Below, piece by piece: positions 25,251-37,263 of a stretch of 64,000 bases of DNA. The notes below the pieces were generated by a model that had not been told where the DNA came from, did not search any database, and worked only from the letters and a program-made list of their open reading frames with translations. Both the position numbers and the translations under genes were made by a program. The stretch covers positions 5,511,223-5,575,222 of the forward strand of contig NC_057751.1 of assembly GCF_004010195.1 (NCBI RefSeq). The letters run 5' to 3'. How positions within the stretch are numbered: the stretch's first letter is position 1; every line of letters starts with the position of its first letter. This stretch comes from Chiloscyllium plagiosum. Lineage: Eukaryota.

Positions 25251-25523
25251 ATCAATGACCATGAAACCGCTGGACTGTCATGAAAATGAAGCAAACCTGC
25301 TGTCTGCTCCCGATCTGGCCACCAGCAATACGGTGGACTCTACACTGCCTTCTGAAATCGCTACTAACGGACTGGATCGAACCACGAGAAAATTGCCGCG
25401 GTTCAGAAGGTGGATCAAGACCACCTTCGAGATCAGCAATAAATGCTGACCTTCCTAGAGACACTCGCCCTGCCATCAGTGAAGCTGTCTTAAGAAGAAT
25501 AAAAGAGACTCTGACCAGCTTAC

Positions 25524-25633
25524 AGGCAACGGAGACGGAAGTTGATGGTTGCAGAAGGTTCTGATATCCCAAGCCATTCCCGCTCCATTTCTTGGTCAAA
25601 CACATGCGCCTCGCGTGCTGGCCTGTGTGTATT
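25524..25633 (-). CDS. NFU1: NFU1 coding exon 2 (IHTGQHARRMCLTKKWSGNGLGYQNLLQPSTSVSVA)
   Basis: ttgctatttttcag| acceptor and |gtaagc donor; 110 nt, phase 2 to phase 1, joining exons 1 and 3 in frame; basic and acid-free like a transit peptide. Not recognisable by homology, so the call rests on splice signals and phase. Confidence 0.75.
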
Positions 25634-26654
25634 CTGAAAAATAGCAATCTTGTAAGCACTCAAAGGATCAAGCAGGCAGGCAGTGCAAGCTGAGGCGTGA
25701 AGACACAAAAGTAAACCTTTCCGCTTGCTCGCTGGTTTGGCAGTAAGATACAATTTTACAACAGGCTTCAATTTCAATTCAATTGAACTCGGGCACTACA
25801 GAAAGTAGCGGAAGGCCCTGGGCTGGTTGGGCACATCTCTATAAATAAATCCACCTTTTCAATGAAAAGAACCTGAAGCAATGAGGTAGACTCAGCTGAG
25901 GTATAATCACTGCCTGGACCACTTCCAGCAAATGGTCTGTTGCCCTGTTGTGAATATCGTGCACCACCGTGCAAGATCAGGAAGACTCACTGCATCCCTA
26001 CAGTATGGAAGCAGGCTATTCAACTCACCATTTCCACTCTGAGAGCATCCGCCCCCTGCCCCCCCACAGACCCATCTCCTACCCCATCCCTATCACCCTG
26101 CATTTCTTATGGCTAATCCACTGAGCCTGAACATCACTGAACACTATGGGCAATGTAGCATGGTCAATCCACCCAAACCTGTACATACTTGGACCGTGAA
26201 AGGAAACCACAGCAACCCAGAGGAAATGCAGACACAGGGAGAATGCTCAAACTCCACACAGACAGTCACCCGAGGGTGGAATCGAACCCAGGCCCCTGAT
26301 CCAGTCCTCCTCCACAATTACTTTAAAACTTACCAAATTACAGTTACTGCCAAAGAAATGCGCCTGCATTGCCACAGCTATCACTTAACCAAAAAAAAAC
26401 GAAGAACGTGAATGATAAAAATCTCAAATAAAAGGAGGCTCTCTGCACCCAAAACGTTAACTCGTTCTCCATCCACACGTGCAGGCAGACCTGCTGAGTC
26501 ATTCCAACAATTTCTATTTTTGCTTCACATCTACCACTTGCCTGGGTTTATTCCCTAAAATTAGGTCCAACATCACCCCCTCACGTGCTGGCTGAAAAAG
26601 GCTCTCCTGAACATAGCTGAACAATTGTGCATCCTCGAAGACTTTGTATACTAG

Positions 26655-27290
26655 TGTGATGATGCTGCTCATTTAAAAAGGTTGTGTTGTCCTTGTTTTT
26701 TTTTCAGAAGCCTTTTATGAGACACAGGATCCAAAATATCTGGCTTGATTTACTTAAAGAAGTTTTTAAGTTGAAAAAGATACACTTGTACAATGAAAGG
26801 GGCGTGGCCAGTTCGCTCAGCTCAGTTTTCTCTGGTTTGGTTTGGTTTGGTTTGGTTTTAGCAGTCTGGCTGTTCACTGAAAGCAGGCAGTCAGTCAGTG
26901 AGGCTGTTAGTCCAAGAAACAGCTGCATGGAAGAAGGTGTTCTGTGCTGAATCTCTCTGTCATCTCTCTCTCTCTTCTAAGAATCTGTGTTTGATTTTTC
27001 CTTTTTTGCAACAGGGTGTTTATGGGGATTGTTGCAGGAACTTGGAACAGCATCATTTAGTTGGGATAGTCTGCTGGGTGTTTGGAGACGTTAAGTTATT
27101 CAGTATTCTGTTGTTTGTATTTCATCCAGTAATTTTGTCAATGAATTCTGTTTTGTCAGAAACTAAGTGGTTTGACCAGTGGCATCTCTCCTGAATTATC
27201 CACTTTACACCTGCTCAAAACAACGAGCAAAGTTAGGGTCTGGGCGACTGTCTTGAAATGTTTTGAGGGGGTCTGGCCTGGTCCTTAACA
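26655..27290 (+). mobile_element. Solo-LTR-like repeat, near full length
   Basis: TGTGATGATGC...CCTTAACA (TG..CA) termini; several homologous copies in the window; no clean TSD seen. Confidence 0.65.
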
Positions 27291-27469
27291 CATAGTTAAT
27301 ATCAAGAGAGTTGAAATCCTCTGCCACTGCTCACCTACTATTTTGATACATCGAGATTTGCCTCCATATTTCTCTATCTCTCTGATTGTTTGTGTACCTC
27401 CAGCCAAGTGATGGCCCACAAGAACCTTCCAAGATATCATCACTCCTGACTTCAGCAACTGACCCTTTG

Positions 27470-27988
27470 AATAACAGAGACAAACCAGGCCAGACTCCCT
27501 CAAAACATTTCAAGAAAGCAGCCCAGACCCTAACCTTTCTGGTTGTTTCAAGTATGTGTACAGTGGATATTCCAGGAGACATGCAGCTGGTCAAACCACT
27601 TAGTTTTCAACCAAACTGAATTTATTTATAAGACTTCCGAATGAAACACAAACAAAAGAGAACAAAATATAGAATAGCAACCGATCCAAGAAGCTAACAG
27701 ACTATCCCAACTTGATGATGCTGTTCCAAATACTTGCTAAAATCCCCATAAACATCCCTTGGCACAAAAGGAAAAATCAAACACAGGGTCTTACAGGAAA
27801 GAAGTCAGAGAGAGATCCGCATGGACCTGCTTCTTTGGGTCCAGCAGCTTTTTTGACACAATTGCTAAAAACGAAACTAAACCATTAAGCTGGTCCCCAG
27901 ACTTTTTAAGAGTCTGTGTCTTTTATGAACTCTTTGAAAAAAGTGCCAAGGACAACATAACCTTGTTAAAGGAACAGCATCGTCACCC
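27470..27988 (-). mobile_element. Solo-LTR-like repeat, inverted relative to 26655-27290
   Basis: ACCAGGCCAGACTCCCTCAAAACATTTCAAG is the reverse complement of the 3' end of the preceding copy. Confidence 0.65.
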
Positions 27989-28074
27989 ACCACATATGCA
28001 CACAAACCTAAAGAACATTAGATGCTGGAAATCAGAAATAAAAACAGAAATTACTGGAAAAAACACAGCATGTT

Positions 28075-29135
28075 GGCACCCTCTCCAATCTAACAATATC
28101 CTTTCGGAAGGGCAACCAGAACAGTCCTCCAACAGTGGCCTTACCAATCTCCTGTACAACCACAACATAACGTCCCAACTCCGCTACTCAATGGTCTGAT
28201 CAAGGAAGGCAAATGTATGGCAAAAACATCCTCATGAGGATGTTGGTCCAGTTCCAGTTGAGATGCAACACATCCCACTAGTACCAGTCCCACCTTCCCC
28301 AAGAACGTACCCAGCGATCCAGCAATCTAAAGCTTTCCCTCCTGCTCCAACCCTTCTGCCACACATGCATTAATTCTATCCACCTACTCCTGTACTCATT
28401 AGCATGTGATACCAGAAGTAGTCCAGACATGACACTTTTTGTGTCCAAGCTTGAAGACACTTCTTAAAAACCAGCTGCCTAAACCCAAATTTTTGACCAT
28501 CTGTGCTGGCACCCTTTTTACCTTAATACTGTCCTGCAGCATGGAGATAGGTCCTTCGGCCCAAACTGGTCCATGCCGACTAAACTGACCATCCATGCTA
28601 ACCCCATTTCCCTGCACTTAGTCCATCTCCTTCTAAACCTTTCCGATCCATGTATGTGCCCAAGTGCATTTTAAATGCAGCTAATGTACCCACGTCAACC
28701 ACTTACACTGGCAGCTCATTCCACACGTGTACCACTCCGTGGTAAAAAAGCTGCCCCTCAGGTTCCTTTTTATACTTCCCCCTCGAATCTTAAACTGATG
28801 CCCTCTCACCTTCTATTCCAAAACCTGGGAGAAAGACTGAGCACATTCATCCTATCCAGGCCCCTCATGATCTTATACACTTCGATATGACACCCCCCAC
28901 AGCCTCCTACATTCTGAAGAAACAAGTCCTAGATTGTCCAGCCTCTCCCTATAACACAGACTGTCGAGGTCTGGCAACATCCTTGTAAATTTCTTCTGCA
29001 CTGTTTCCATTTAATGACATCCTTCCGAAAGCGAGGTAACCAAAATTGAAGACAGTAGTTAAAATGCGGCCTCAACAACATCTCGTACAACTACAACATA
29101 ACTACCCAACTTCTATACTCAAGGCCCTGACTGAC
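28075..29135 (-). mobile_element. Patchwork of CR1 fragments
   Basis: MLWLYRRLVRPLLE and WGRWDWY (ORF1-like) peptides plus CR1 3' UTR sequence. Confidence 0.7.
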
Positions 29136-29600
29136 AAAAGTTAATTTTGTTTCATAAAGTTCGAGCGAGCCATCACGAGGAGAGCTCTTGTGCTCGTATA
29201 ATGTGATGCACTGGAAAACATTGTTACAAGCCACAGCAGCAGCTCAAGTGCAAAGTGCTCCTCAGCAGGGCAAGAGGGCTCCTGTGGCAGAGCAGTAGCA
29301 TCCCACCTCTGAACCAGGGAGTCTGGGTTCAATTCCCACACCCTCCTCCCAGAGGTGTGTGTGTGTGTGTGTGTGAATGATATCCCTGAAGTGACTGACC
29401 AGAAAACATCCCTCACCAGGGCACATTTGGCCAGGCCTGTGAAAACCAAGTGGATTTGGAGGAGAAGTGGGGAGGACTGTGCCCACTACCTGAGCTCGCT
29501 GCAGCGACAGGCAGACGTTTGAAGCTGCAAGTGATCAGAAATCATTCAATAAATCTACCCCAATGACTTGCAGGCCCAGCAGTGACCCACCAGGACTCAC

Positions 29601-29644
29601 CTTGAAGCCAAGAGCCAACAAGTGCCCAACTTCACCGCCGCCAT
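29601..29644 (-). CDS. NFU1: NFU1 coding exon 1 (MAAVKLGTCWLLAS-R), start of probable mitochondrial targeting peptide
   Basis: Minus strand reads aaagATGGCGGCGGTGAAG...TCAAG|gtgagt: good Kozak context, strong donor, 44 nt, phase 2 matching the next exon; lies in a CpG-rich island. Confidence 0.85.
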
Positions 29645-29900
29645 CTTTGATCAAGGCATCCGCAAGGACCCTAACCGCACCTCCCACACTCAGGACTGTC
29701 TAACAGAGGCGCCCGCCGTCCCGGCTGCCCGCCCGAGCCACTCGCCGTCATTTTTAATCGCACGGCCCGCGATTCCAAAACAAAAAAATAAGCTTACAAA
29801 GTTCGAGTCATGTAGAGTCTTTTGGCTGGCTCGGGGAAATGCGCTCAGGCATTGTGGCGAGATGGCCCGGCTGTGCTGCGGAATAGAGCGGTTTCTGTGG
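29630..29900 (-). promoter_or_regulatory. NFU1 CpG-rich promoter/5' UTR with GC box and YY1-type motif over the ATG
   Basis: Local CpG enrichment; GGGCGG at 29734-29729; AAGATGGCGGC overlaps the start codon; no TATA seen. Confidence 0.65.
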
Positions 29901-30647
29901 GCGTGGCCAAGCCACAAGGGCCCTGAGGAGGTAGCCATATCCAGAGCTTGGCGACTGCAGACCAAGGCTTCGTTACAGAGTGATACAGCATGGAAACAGA
30001 CCCTTCAGTCCAATCAGTCCATTCCAAACATCATCTCAAACTAAATGAGTCCCACCTGTCTGCTCCTGACCCAAATCCCTCCAAACCTTTTCTGTTCAGG
30101 AACTTATTTAAATGTCTTTTAAACATCCTAAGTACCTGAATCCACCACTTTCTCTGGCAGTTCATTCCACCTATGAACCACTCTCTGTGTCAGAAGGTTG
30201 ACCCTCATGTTCTTTTAAAATCTTTCTGCTCTTACCTTAAAGATATGTCCCATAGTTTTGAACTTTCCACCGTCAGAAAAGACCCTCGTCATTCACTTTA
30301 TCCATGCCCCTCATGATTTTATAAACCTCAGTAAGATCACCACTCAACTCCCTGCTTCTTCAGACTTAAAACGTACACCCTCCTTTATCCTCCTTACACA
30401 GATATATCCATTTGTCACAATTACTAGATATCGTTTTCCATGAAAAAAATAGGGTATTGGGTGATTCATATCTGAAACCAAAATTGCTTGAGAAATTTAG
30501 CAGTGCTGGCAGTATCAATACAGACATAGAGAAAAAAAGCAGAATTAATGTTAAGTCCAATCAGTCTTCTGCAGAACAGTTTGGAAACGTTAAACATAAT
30601 TTCTCTTGATTTTTGTTTCACATTTCCTGCTTCTGGGCCTTATTTTA

Positions 30648-33330
30648 GAACATAGAACAAAGAAAGGTACAGCAGAGAACAGGCCCTTTGATTGTGCCGA
30701 GGTTTAATCCTAATGGAAAATATAATAACTTAACCTATGCACCCCTCAACTCACTGCTATCCATGTGCATGTCCAGCAGTCGCTTAAATGCCCCTAATGA
30801 CTCTGCTTCCACCACCACAGCTGGCAACGCATTCCATACACATGCCACCTTTTATATCTTTCCACTCTCACCCTAAACTGATGCCCTCTAGTTCAGGACT
30901 CACCCACCCCAGGGAAAAGACTTTGTCTATTTATCCTATCCATGCCCCTCATAATTTTGTAAACCTCTATAAGGTCACCCCTTAGCCTCCGACGCTCCAG
31001 GGAAAACAGCCCCAGGCTGTTCAGCCTCTCCCAACAGCTAAAATCCTCCAACCTTGGCAACATCCTTGCAAATCTTTTCTGAACCCTTTCAAGTTTCACT
31101 CCATCTTTCCGATAGGAAGGAGATCAAAATTGCATGCAATATTCCAACAGTGACCTAACCAATGTCCTGTATAGCTGCAACATGACCTCCCAAGCACTCC
31201 CTATACTTACCAGCCTTTCCTTTCACCCTAACTTCAACTTTTAGATCTGGTTAATCCTTTTCCATCACTATTTTAAATCTAATAAAATGATGGTCGCTGG
31301 CACCAAAGTGCTCCCCCACTGACACCTCAGTCACCTGCCCTGCCTTATTTCCCAAGAGTAGGTCAAGTTTTACACCTTCTCTAGTCAGTACATCCACAGA
31401 CTGAATCAGAATATGTTCTTGTACACTCTTAACAAATTCCTCTCCATCTAAACCTTTAACACCATGGCAGTCCCAGTCTACGTTTGGAAAGTTAAAATCT
31501 CCTACCATAACCACTCTATTATTCTTACTGATATCTCCTTACAAATCTGTTTCTCAATTTCCCTCTGACTATTTGGGGATCTATAATACAATCCTAATAA
31601 GGTAATCATCCCTTTCTTATTTCTAAGTTCCACCCAAATAACTTCCCTGGATATATTTCCAGGAATATCCTCCCTCAGTACAGTCGTAATGCTGTCCCTA
31701 AAAACGCCACTCCCCCTCCTCTCTTGCCTCCATTTCTATCCTTCCTGGAGCATTTGTATCTTGGAACATTAAGCTGCCAGTCCTGTCCATCCCTGAGCCC
31801 TGCTACTGTAATTGCGATGATATCCTAGTCTCCTGTTCCTAACCATGCCCTGAGTTCATATGCCTTCCCTGTTAGGCCCCTTGCATTGAAGCAAATGCAG
31901 TCTATCAGTCCTCCCTTGTTCTCTGCTTTGTCCCTGCCTGCCCTGACTGTTTGACTCGCTTCTGTTCTCAACTGTACCAGTCTCAGATTGATCTCTTTCC
32001 TCACTATCTCCCTGGGTCCCACCCACCCCCCCACCTTACTAGTTTAAATCCTCCTGCAAATCATGCTGCCAGCATATTAGGTGTAATCCGTTCTTCATGT
32101 ACAGGTCACTTCTACCCCAAAAAGAGATTTCAATGATCCAAAAATATGAATCCTTCTCCCATACCCAGCTCCTCAGCCATGCATTCATCTGCTCTATCCT
32201 CCTATTCCTGCTCTCACGAGCTTATAGCACTGGGGGTAATCCAGATATTACGACTCTCGAGGACCTCCTTTTTCAAATTCCTGCCTAACTCTGTAACCTC
32301 CCTTCAGAATCTCAACCTTTTCCCTTCCTATGTCGTTGGTTCCAATGTGGACAATAACCTCTTGCTGGCCCCTCTCCCCCGTGAGAACATTCTGCACCCT
32401 CTCTGAGACATCCTTGATCCTGGCACCAGGGAAATGACACACCATTCTGCTTTTTTGCTGCTGGCCACAGAAACGTCTGTCTGTACCTCGGAGTAGGTGG
32501 CACGGCACGGTGGTGGCACGGTGGCACAGTGGTTAGCACTGCTGCCTCACAGCGCCGGAGACCCGGGTTCAGTTCCCGCCTCAGGCAACTGACTGTGTGG
32601 AGTTTGCATGTTCTCCCCGTGTCTGCATGGTTTCCTCCGGGTGCTCTGGTTTCCTCCCACAGGTCAGGTGAATTGGCCATGCTAAATTGCCCGTAGTGTT
32701 AGGTAAGGGGTAAATGTAGGAGTATGGGTGGATTGCGCTTCGGCGGGTCGGACTGGACTTGTGGGCCGAAGGGCCTGTTTCCACACTGTAATGTAATCTA
32801 ATCTAATAACAAGAGAGTCCCCAACACAATTGGTCTCTTAGAAGCCGACATACCCCTCGTTGCATTAGAACCAGCCCCAATACCAGAAACCTGGCTGTTC
32901 GTGCTACTTTCCCCTGAGAATCCATCACCCCCGACATTTTCCAAAACAGCATACTTGTTTAAAATGGGGATAGCCACAGAAGACTCCTGCACTAACTGCT
33001 TGCCTCTCTCACCTTTCCTGGAGTTAACCCATCTATGTGACTGTATCTGCGACTTTTCCCCCTTCCTATAACTGCCATCCATCACATCCCCTTGCTCTTG
33101 TAAATTCCTTATTGCCTCCAACTGTTTCTCCAACCGATCCATTTGATCTGATAGGATTCACAACCAAAGTCATTTATTGCAGATATAATCCACAGTAATC
33201 CATAAACTCTCCTTAAACTCCCACATCTGACAAGAAGAGCATATCACTCTATTAAAGGCCATTTTTGCTCCTTCACAATCTACAGATCCAGAAAATAACA
33301 CCATCTTATTCCTCGACAAAACACTGCATG
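30648..33330 (-). mobile_element. Internally deleted CR1 LINE: ORF1 (Cys finger plus SGNH-esterase-like), endonuclease, 3' end
   Basis: MAFNRVICSSCQMWE..ICNK (ATG at 33262), FPGARIKDVSERVQNVL..VIVHIGTNDIG, CFNARGL, MVGDFNFPNVDW..SDH, then KLERVQKRF..RLRGDLIEVYKI; RT core absent; HE1 SINE inserted at 32496-32807. Confidence 0.88.
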
Positions 33331-33427
33331 CTTTGAAGATTTAAAAAATAATGTATCTCTCTCTTGCTCAAATGTGTTCAGTGAGTTGGTCCCAACTACA
33401 CTCTGGGAGAAGAAATTTGTTCACCCC

Positions 33428-33642
33428 ATGGTGGCTTGGTTCGCACTGCTGCCTCATAGCGCCAGGGACCTGGGTTTGATTCCAGCCTTGGGCATCCATC
33501 TGTGGGGAGTTTACACACTCTGCCTGTATCTGCCTGAGTTTCCTCTGGGTGCTCTGGTTTCCTCCCATAGTCCAAAGGTATGCAGGTTAGGTGGATAGGC
33601 TATATTAAATTACCCATAGCAGCCAGGAATGTGCAGGTTAGG
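33428..33642 (+). mobile_element. Old HE1-type SINE
   Basis: Diverged head and V-domain. Confidence 0.75.
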
Positions 33643-33651
33643 TGTTATCTA

Positions 33652-34165
33652 TGATGTGGAGGTGCTGGTGTTGGACTGGGGTGGACAAAGTTAAAAATCA
33701 CACAACACCAGGTTATCATCCAACCAGCTTATGTGGAAGTACGAGCTTTTTGTACACTGCTCCTTCATCAGGTAGCCAGTGGGGCAGGATCATAGGACAC
33801 AGAATTTATCGTAAAAAATCAAAGTGTCATACAACTAATGCAACATATTGAACAAAGCTAGATTGCTGTTAAGTCTTAGAATGGGGATGCAGGTTTTGGT
33901 TCATTAATATGTAAATTCCAGAACTTCTTTCAAGTCACATTGCCAAGATAACTTAAGGTTTTATTTAAAAAGGTAATATCTCAGCTTAGACAATGCATGA
34001 AAGGTGTGAGGTTAGAGTATGTCTGTATTCCACTTTGAGTCAGACCGGTTCTATTTCCAAAGTAGGAATTTATAAAATGTCACATGGACTGACTGCTTAC
34101 AGATTGTGTGCTTTTTGAACAAAACAGAATGGCTATGCAAATGCAAATCTGCAAATGCAAATTCA
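33652..34165 (-). mobile_element. Longer PLE pLTR of family C (degenerate hammerhead at 33740-33775)
   Basis: 33652-33775 is the reverse complement of the 45654-45780 mini-element, continuing into longer repeat-like sequence. Confidence 0.6.
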
Positions 34166-34166
34166 T

Positions 34167-34395
34167 CTCGGTAAAAACAAGGACTGCAGATGCTGGAAAC
34201 CAGATTCGAGATTAGAGTGGTGCTGGAAAAGCACAGCACGTCAGGCAGCATCCGAGGAGCAGGAAAATCGACATTTTGGGCAAAAGCCCTTCATTAGGAA
34301 TCCCTGATGAAGGACTTTTGCCCGAAACATCAATTTTCCTGCTCCTCAGATGCTGCCTGACGTGCTGTGCTTTTCCAGCACCACTCTAATCTAGA
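34167..34395. mobile_element. Palindromic PLE pLTR mini-element (same design as 6906-7124)
   Basis: ~90-bp imperfect arms (34209-34298 / 34303-34392), CTGATGA at 34304-34310; 14-bp TSD AAATGCAAATTCAT at 34153-34166 and 34396-34409. Confidence 0.88.
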
Positions 34396-36087
34396 AAATG
34401 CAAATTCATTCCAATGACTTACAGGTGTGTGTGTGTGTGTGATGGAGTGTATGCCTCTGAGAGAGTTGCGTGTGAGTGTGTGAGCGAGAGTGCGTGTATG
34501 AGAGGATCTGTGTGATTGTGTGAGTGTAAGCGTGCGTAAGCTCGGTGGGTTAGTTATGGGAAATGCAGGATTAAAGGGGAAGGGGATTGGTCTGGGTCGG
34601 ATGTTCTTCAGAGGGCTGGTGTGGACTCAATGGGACAAATGGCCTGCTTCCACGTGTTTGGAATTCTATAATTTTATCTGTTTTAAATCAGTGTCCCATT
34701 ATTTGGTGTGAGATTTGTCAAAACATTCTCTCAGAAGCCTCCTCCGAAACACAAATGTTTCATTAATCATTTCTCGTTCTTCTGGAAATGAACACAAATG
34801 TATAAAGGTCTAACCATCCTGAGGCCATTGTTCATAAATCAACTCCGCTTCGGAATCAGCATCTCGAGTCTCTTGTGAACTATCTCCTGTGGTAGTTTGG
34901 GGAGTCAAAACCCGACATCAAACGCGAGTCGAGAAATCACCTGAATCTCCCTTTGCAAACTCTATTTTCTCTTCAGAACATAGTTCTAAAGAACACTCAG
35001 AGGACTTCAAACATGAATTCTGGGAGATCCAAGATGGCGGCGACCCAGCCAGTCTGAGTCTATAGTGCTCCTCCCAAGAGGCCTCCACCACACCTACCAA
35101 ACCATTCAAAATAGTTTTTATTTATATAATTAGTTGCTCTGTACTAAATTTAAACAGTCTAGTCTCCTGCAAAAATGACTAAAGGGAAAGGTGCCCGCAT
35201 TTCTCAGCAGACAGGAACCCCTCCCCCACCACAGCAGAGGCATCCGCAGTCGCCCCGGGGGACTTACCTACGGTGGCGAGCCTCGTGGAAGTAATCTCCA
35301 AACTTGACGTGAAGATCGCGCCTTCATCGAAGAGTCCCGGAGCAGATGGAATTCACTCTCGGTCGCGCTACAAAAGCACAACCGAGACATCGAGGAAATC
35401 GAGCGCCAAGTTGGAGCGGCGGAGCTAAAGGCCGCGACCTTCGAGATGACCGCAGAATCGGCTGTGGGTCGGGTCCGGACTCTCGAACAGCGAGTCTTGG
35501 CCTTAGAAAATCACGAAAAAATATTAGTTTTCTGGGCCTTCCCGAGTGGGAAGAGGAAGGCCAACTTACAGCGTTCCTCAAGCAGTGGCTTCCACAGCTT
35601 TTAAATCTGGAGGCTGGGTCAGGCCGGGTAAGGGTGGAATGGGCCTACCGGGTTGCAATGCGCGGGCCTGGCTCGAACCAGCGCCCCCGCCCGGTCTTGT
35701 TCCGGCTGCAGAGCGACAAGGAGAGGCAGATGCCCTTAGAAGCTTCCAGAAATCTTGGGAAAGATCCCCAAGCCATGGTTTACAAAGGATCCAAGATTAT
35801 GCTTTTCTAGGACTTTTCCCCAGCTTTGGTCTGAAAGAGGAAGGCGTTTGACGAAGCGAAGAAGCGTTTAAGGAACTTAAACATCCAGTACTCCCTGTGC
35901 TACCCAGTGTCGCTACGTTTTAGCCATGAAGGGTCCGTGTACAACTTCGGATCGCCGGAGAAGGCCAAGGAATTTCTGGATTCTCTTAGATAAATTATCA
36001 GATTTAATTCGAGTGGTGAATGATGTTGTTCTGCCCTCCCCCCACCCCGGTTCATCCCTTTCTTTTACCTGACTGTTTAATATTATC

Positions 36088-36791
36088 GGAGAAAGTGAGG
36101 ACTGCAGATGCTGGAGATCAGAGCTGAAAATGTGTTGCTGGAAAAGCGCAGCAGGTCAGGCAGCATCTAGGGAACAGGAGAATCGACGATTCGGGCATAA
36201 GCCCTTCTTCGGGAATGAGGAAAGTTGGTCCAGCAGGCTGAGATAAAAGGTAGGGAGGAGGGACTTGGGAGAGGGGCGTCGGAAATGTGATAGGTGGAAA
36301 GAGGTCAAGGTGAGGGTGATAGGTCAGACTGGGATGGGGGCGGAGAGGTCGGGAAGAAGATCTCAGGTTAGGAAGGCGGTGCTGANNNNNNNNNNNNNNN
36401 NNNNNNNNNNNNNNNNNNNNNNNNNNNNNNNNNNNNNNNNNNNNNNNNNNNNNNNNNNNNNNNNNNNNNNNNNNNNNNNNNNNNNNNNNNNNNNNNNNNN
36501 NNNNNNNNNNNNNNNNNNNNNNNNNNNNNNNNNNNNNNNNNNNNNNNNNNNNNNNNNNNNNNNNNNNNNNNNNNNNNNNNNNNNNNNNNNNNNNNNNNNN
36601 NNNNNNNNNNNNNNNNNNNNNNNNNNNNNNNNNNNNNNNNNNNNNNNNNNNNNNNNNNNNNNNNNNNNNNNNNNNNNNNNNNNNNNNNNNNNNNNNNNNN
36701 NNNNNNNNNNNNNNNNNNNNNNNNNNNNNNNNNNATAGGGGAGGGGAGGGAAATATATCCTTGGTGGTGGGGTCCGTTTGGAGGTGGCGGA
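36088..36791 (-). mobile_element. PLE 3' fragment with pLTR inserted in the L1 inter-ORF region
   Basis: Reverse complement of 1285-1540 and ~960-1015; 9-bp TSD AATATTATC at 36079-36087 and 36792-36800; spans a gap. Confidence 0.85.
36386..36734. other. Assembly gap
   Basis: Run of N. Confidence 1.
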
Positions 36792-36898
36792 AATATTATC
36801 TCCAGGGGGTGGGGAGAGGGGTTTATTTATTTGTTCTTTACTTTGTAATTTTCCCCCTCTTTTTTGAAAAATAGATATATATAGGCTGGGTAGTCTAG

Positions 36899-37263
36899 TT
36901 TAGATTAGATTAGATTAGATTAGATTAGATTAGATTACTTTACAGTGTGGAAACAGGCCCTTCGGCCCAACAAGTCCACACCGCCCCGCCGAAGCGCAAA
37001 CCACCCATACCCCTACCCCTACATTTACCCCTTACCTAACACTATGGGCAATTTAGCATGGCCAATTCACCTGACCTGCACATCTTTGGCCTGTGGGAGG
37101 AAACCGGAGCACCCGGAGGAAACCCACGCAGACACGGGGAGAATGTGCAAACTCCACACAGTCAGTCGCCTGAGGCGGGAATTGAACCCGGATCTCTGGC
37201 GCTGCGAGGCAGCAGTGCTAACCACTGTGCCACCGTGCCGCCCACTGTGCCACCGTGCCGCCC
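36899..37263 (-). mobile_element. Young HE1-type SINE with (TTAGA)n tail and duplicated 5' end
   Basis: CpG-rich near-consensus copy; CCACTGTGCCACCGTGCCGCCC is present twice in tandem. Confidence 0.92.

Noticed and set aside
29645..29760. Iron-responsive element in the NFU1 5' UTR
   Set aside because: No CAGTGN-loop hairpin found by eye.
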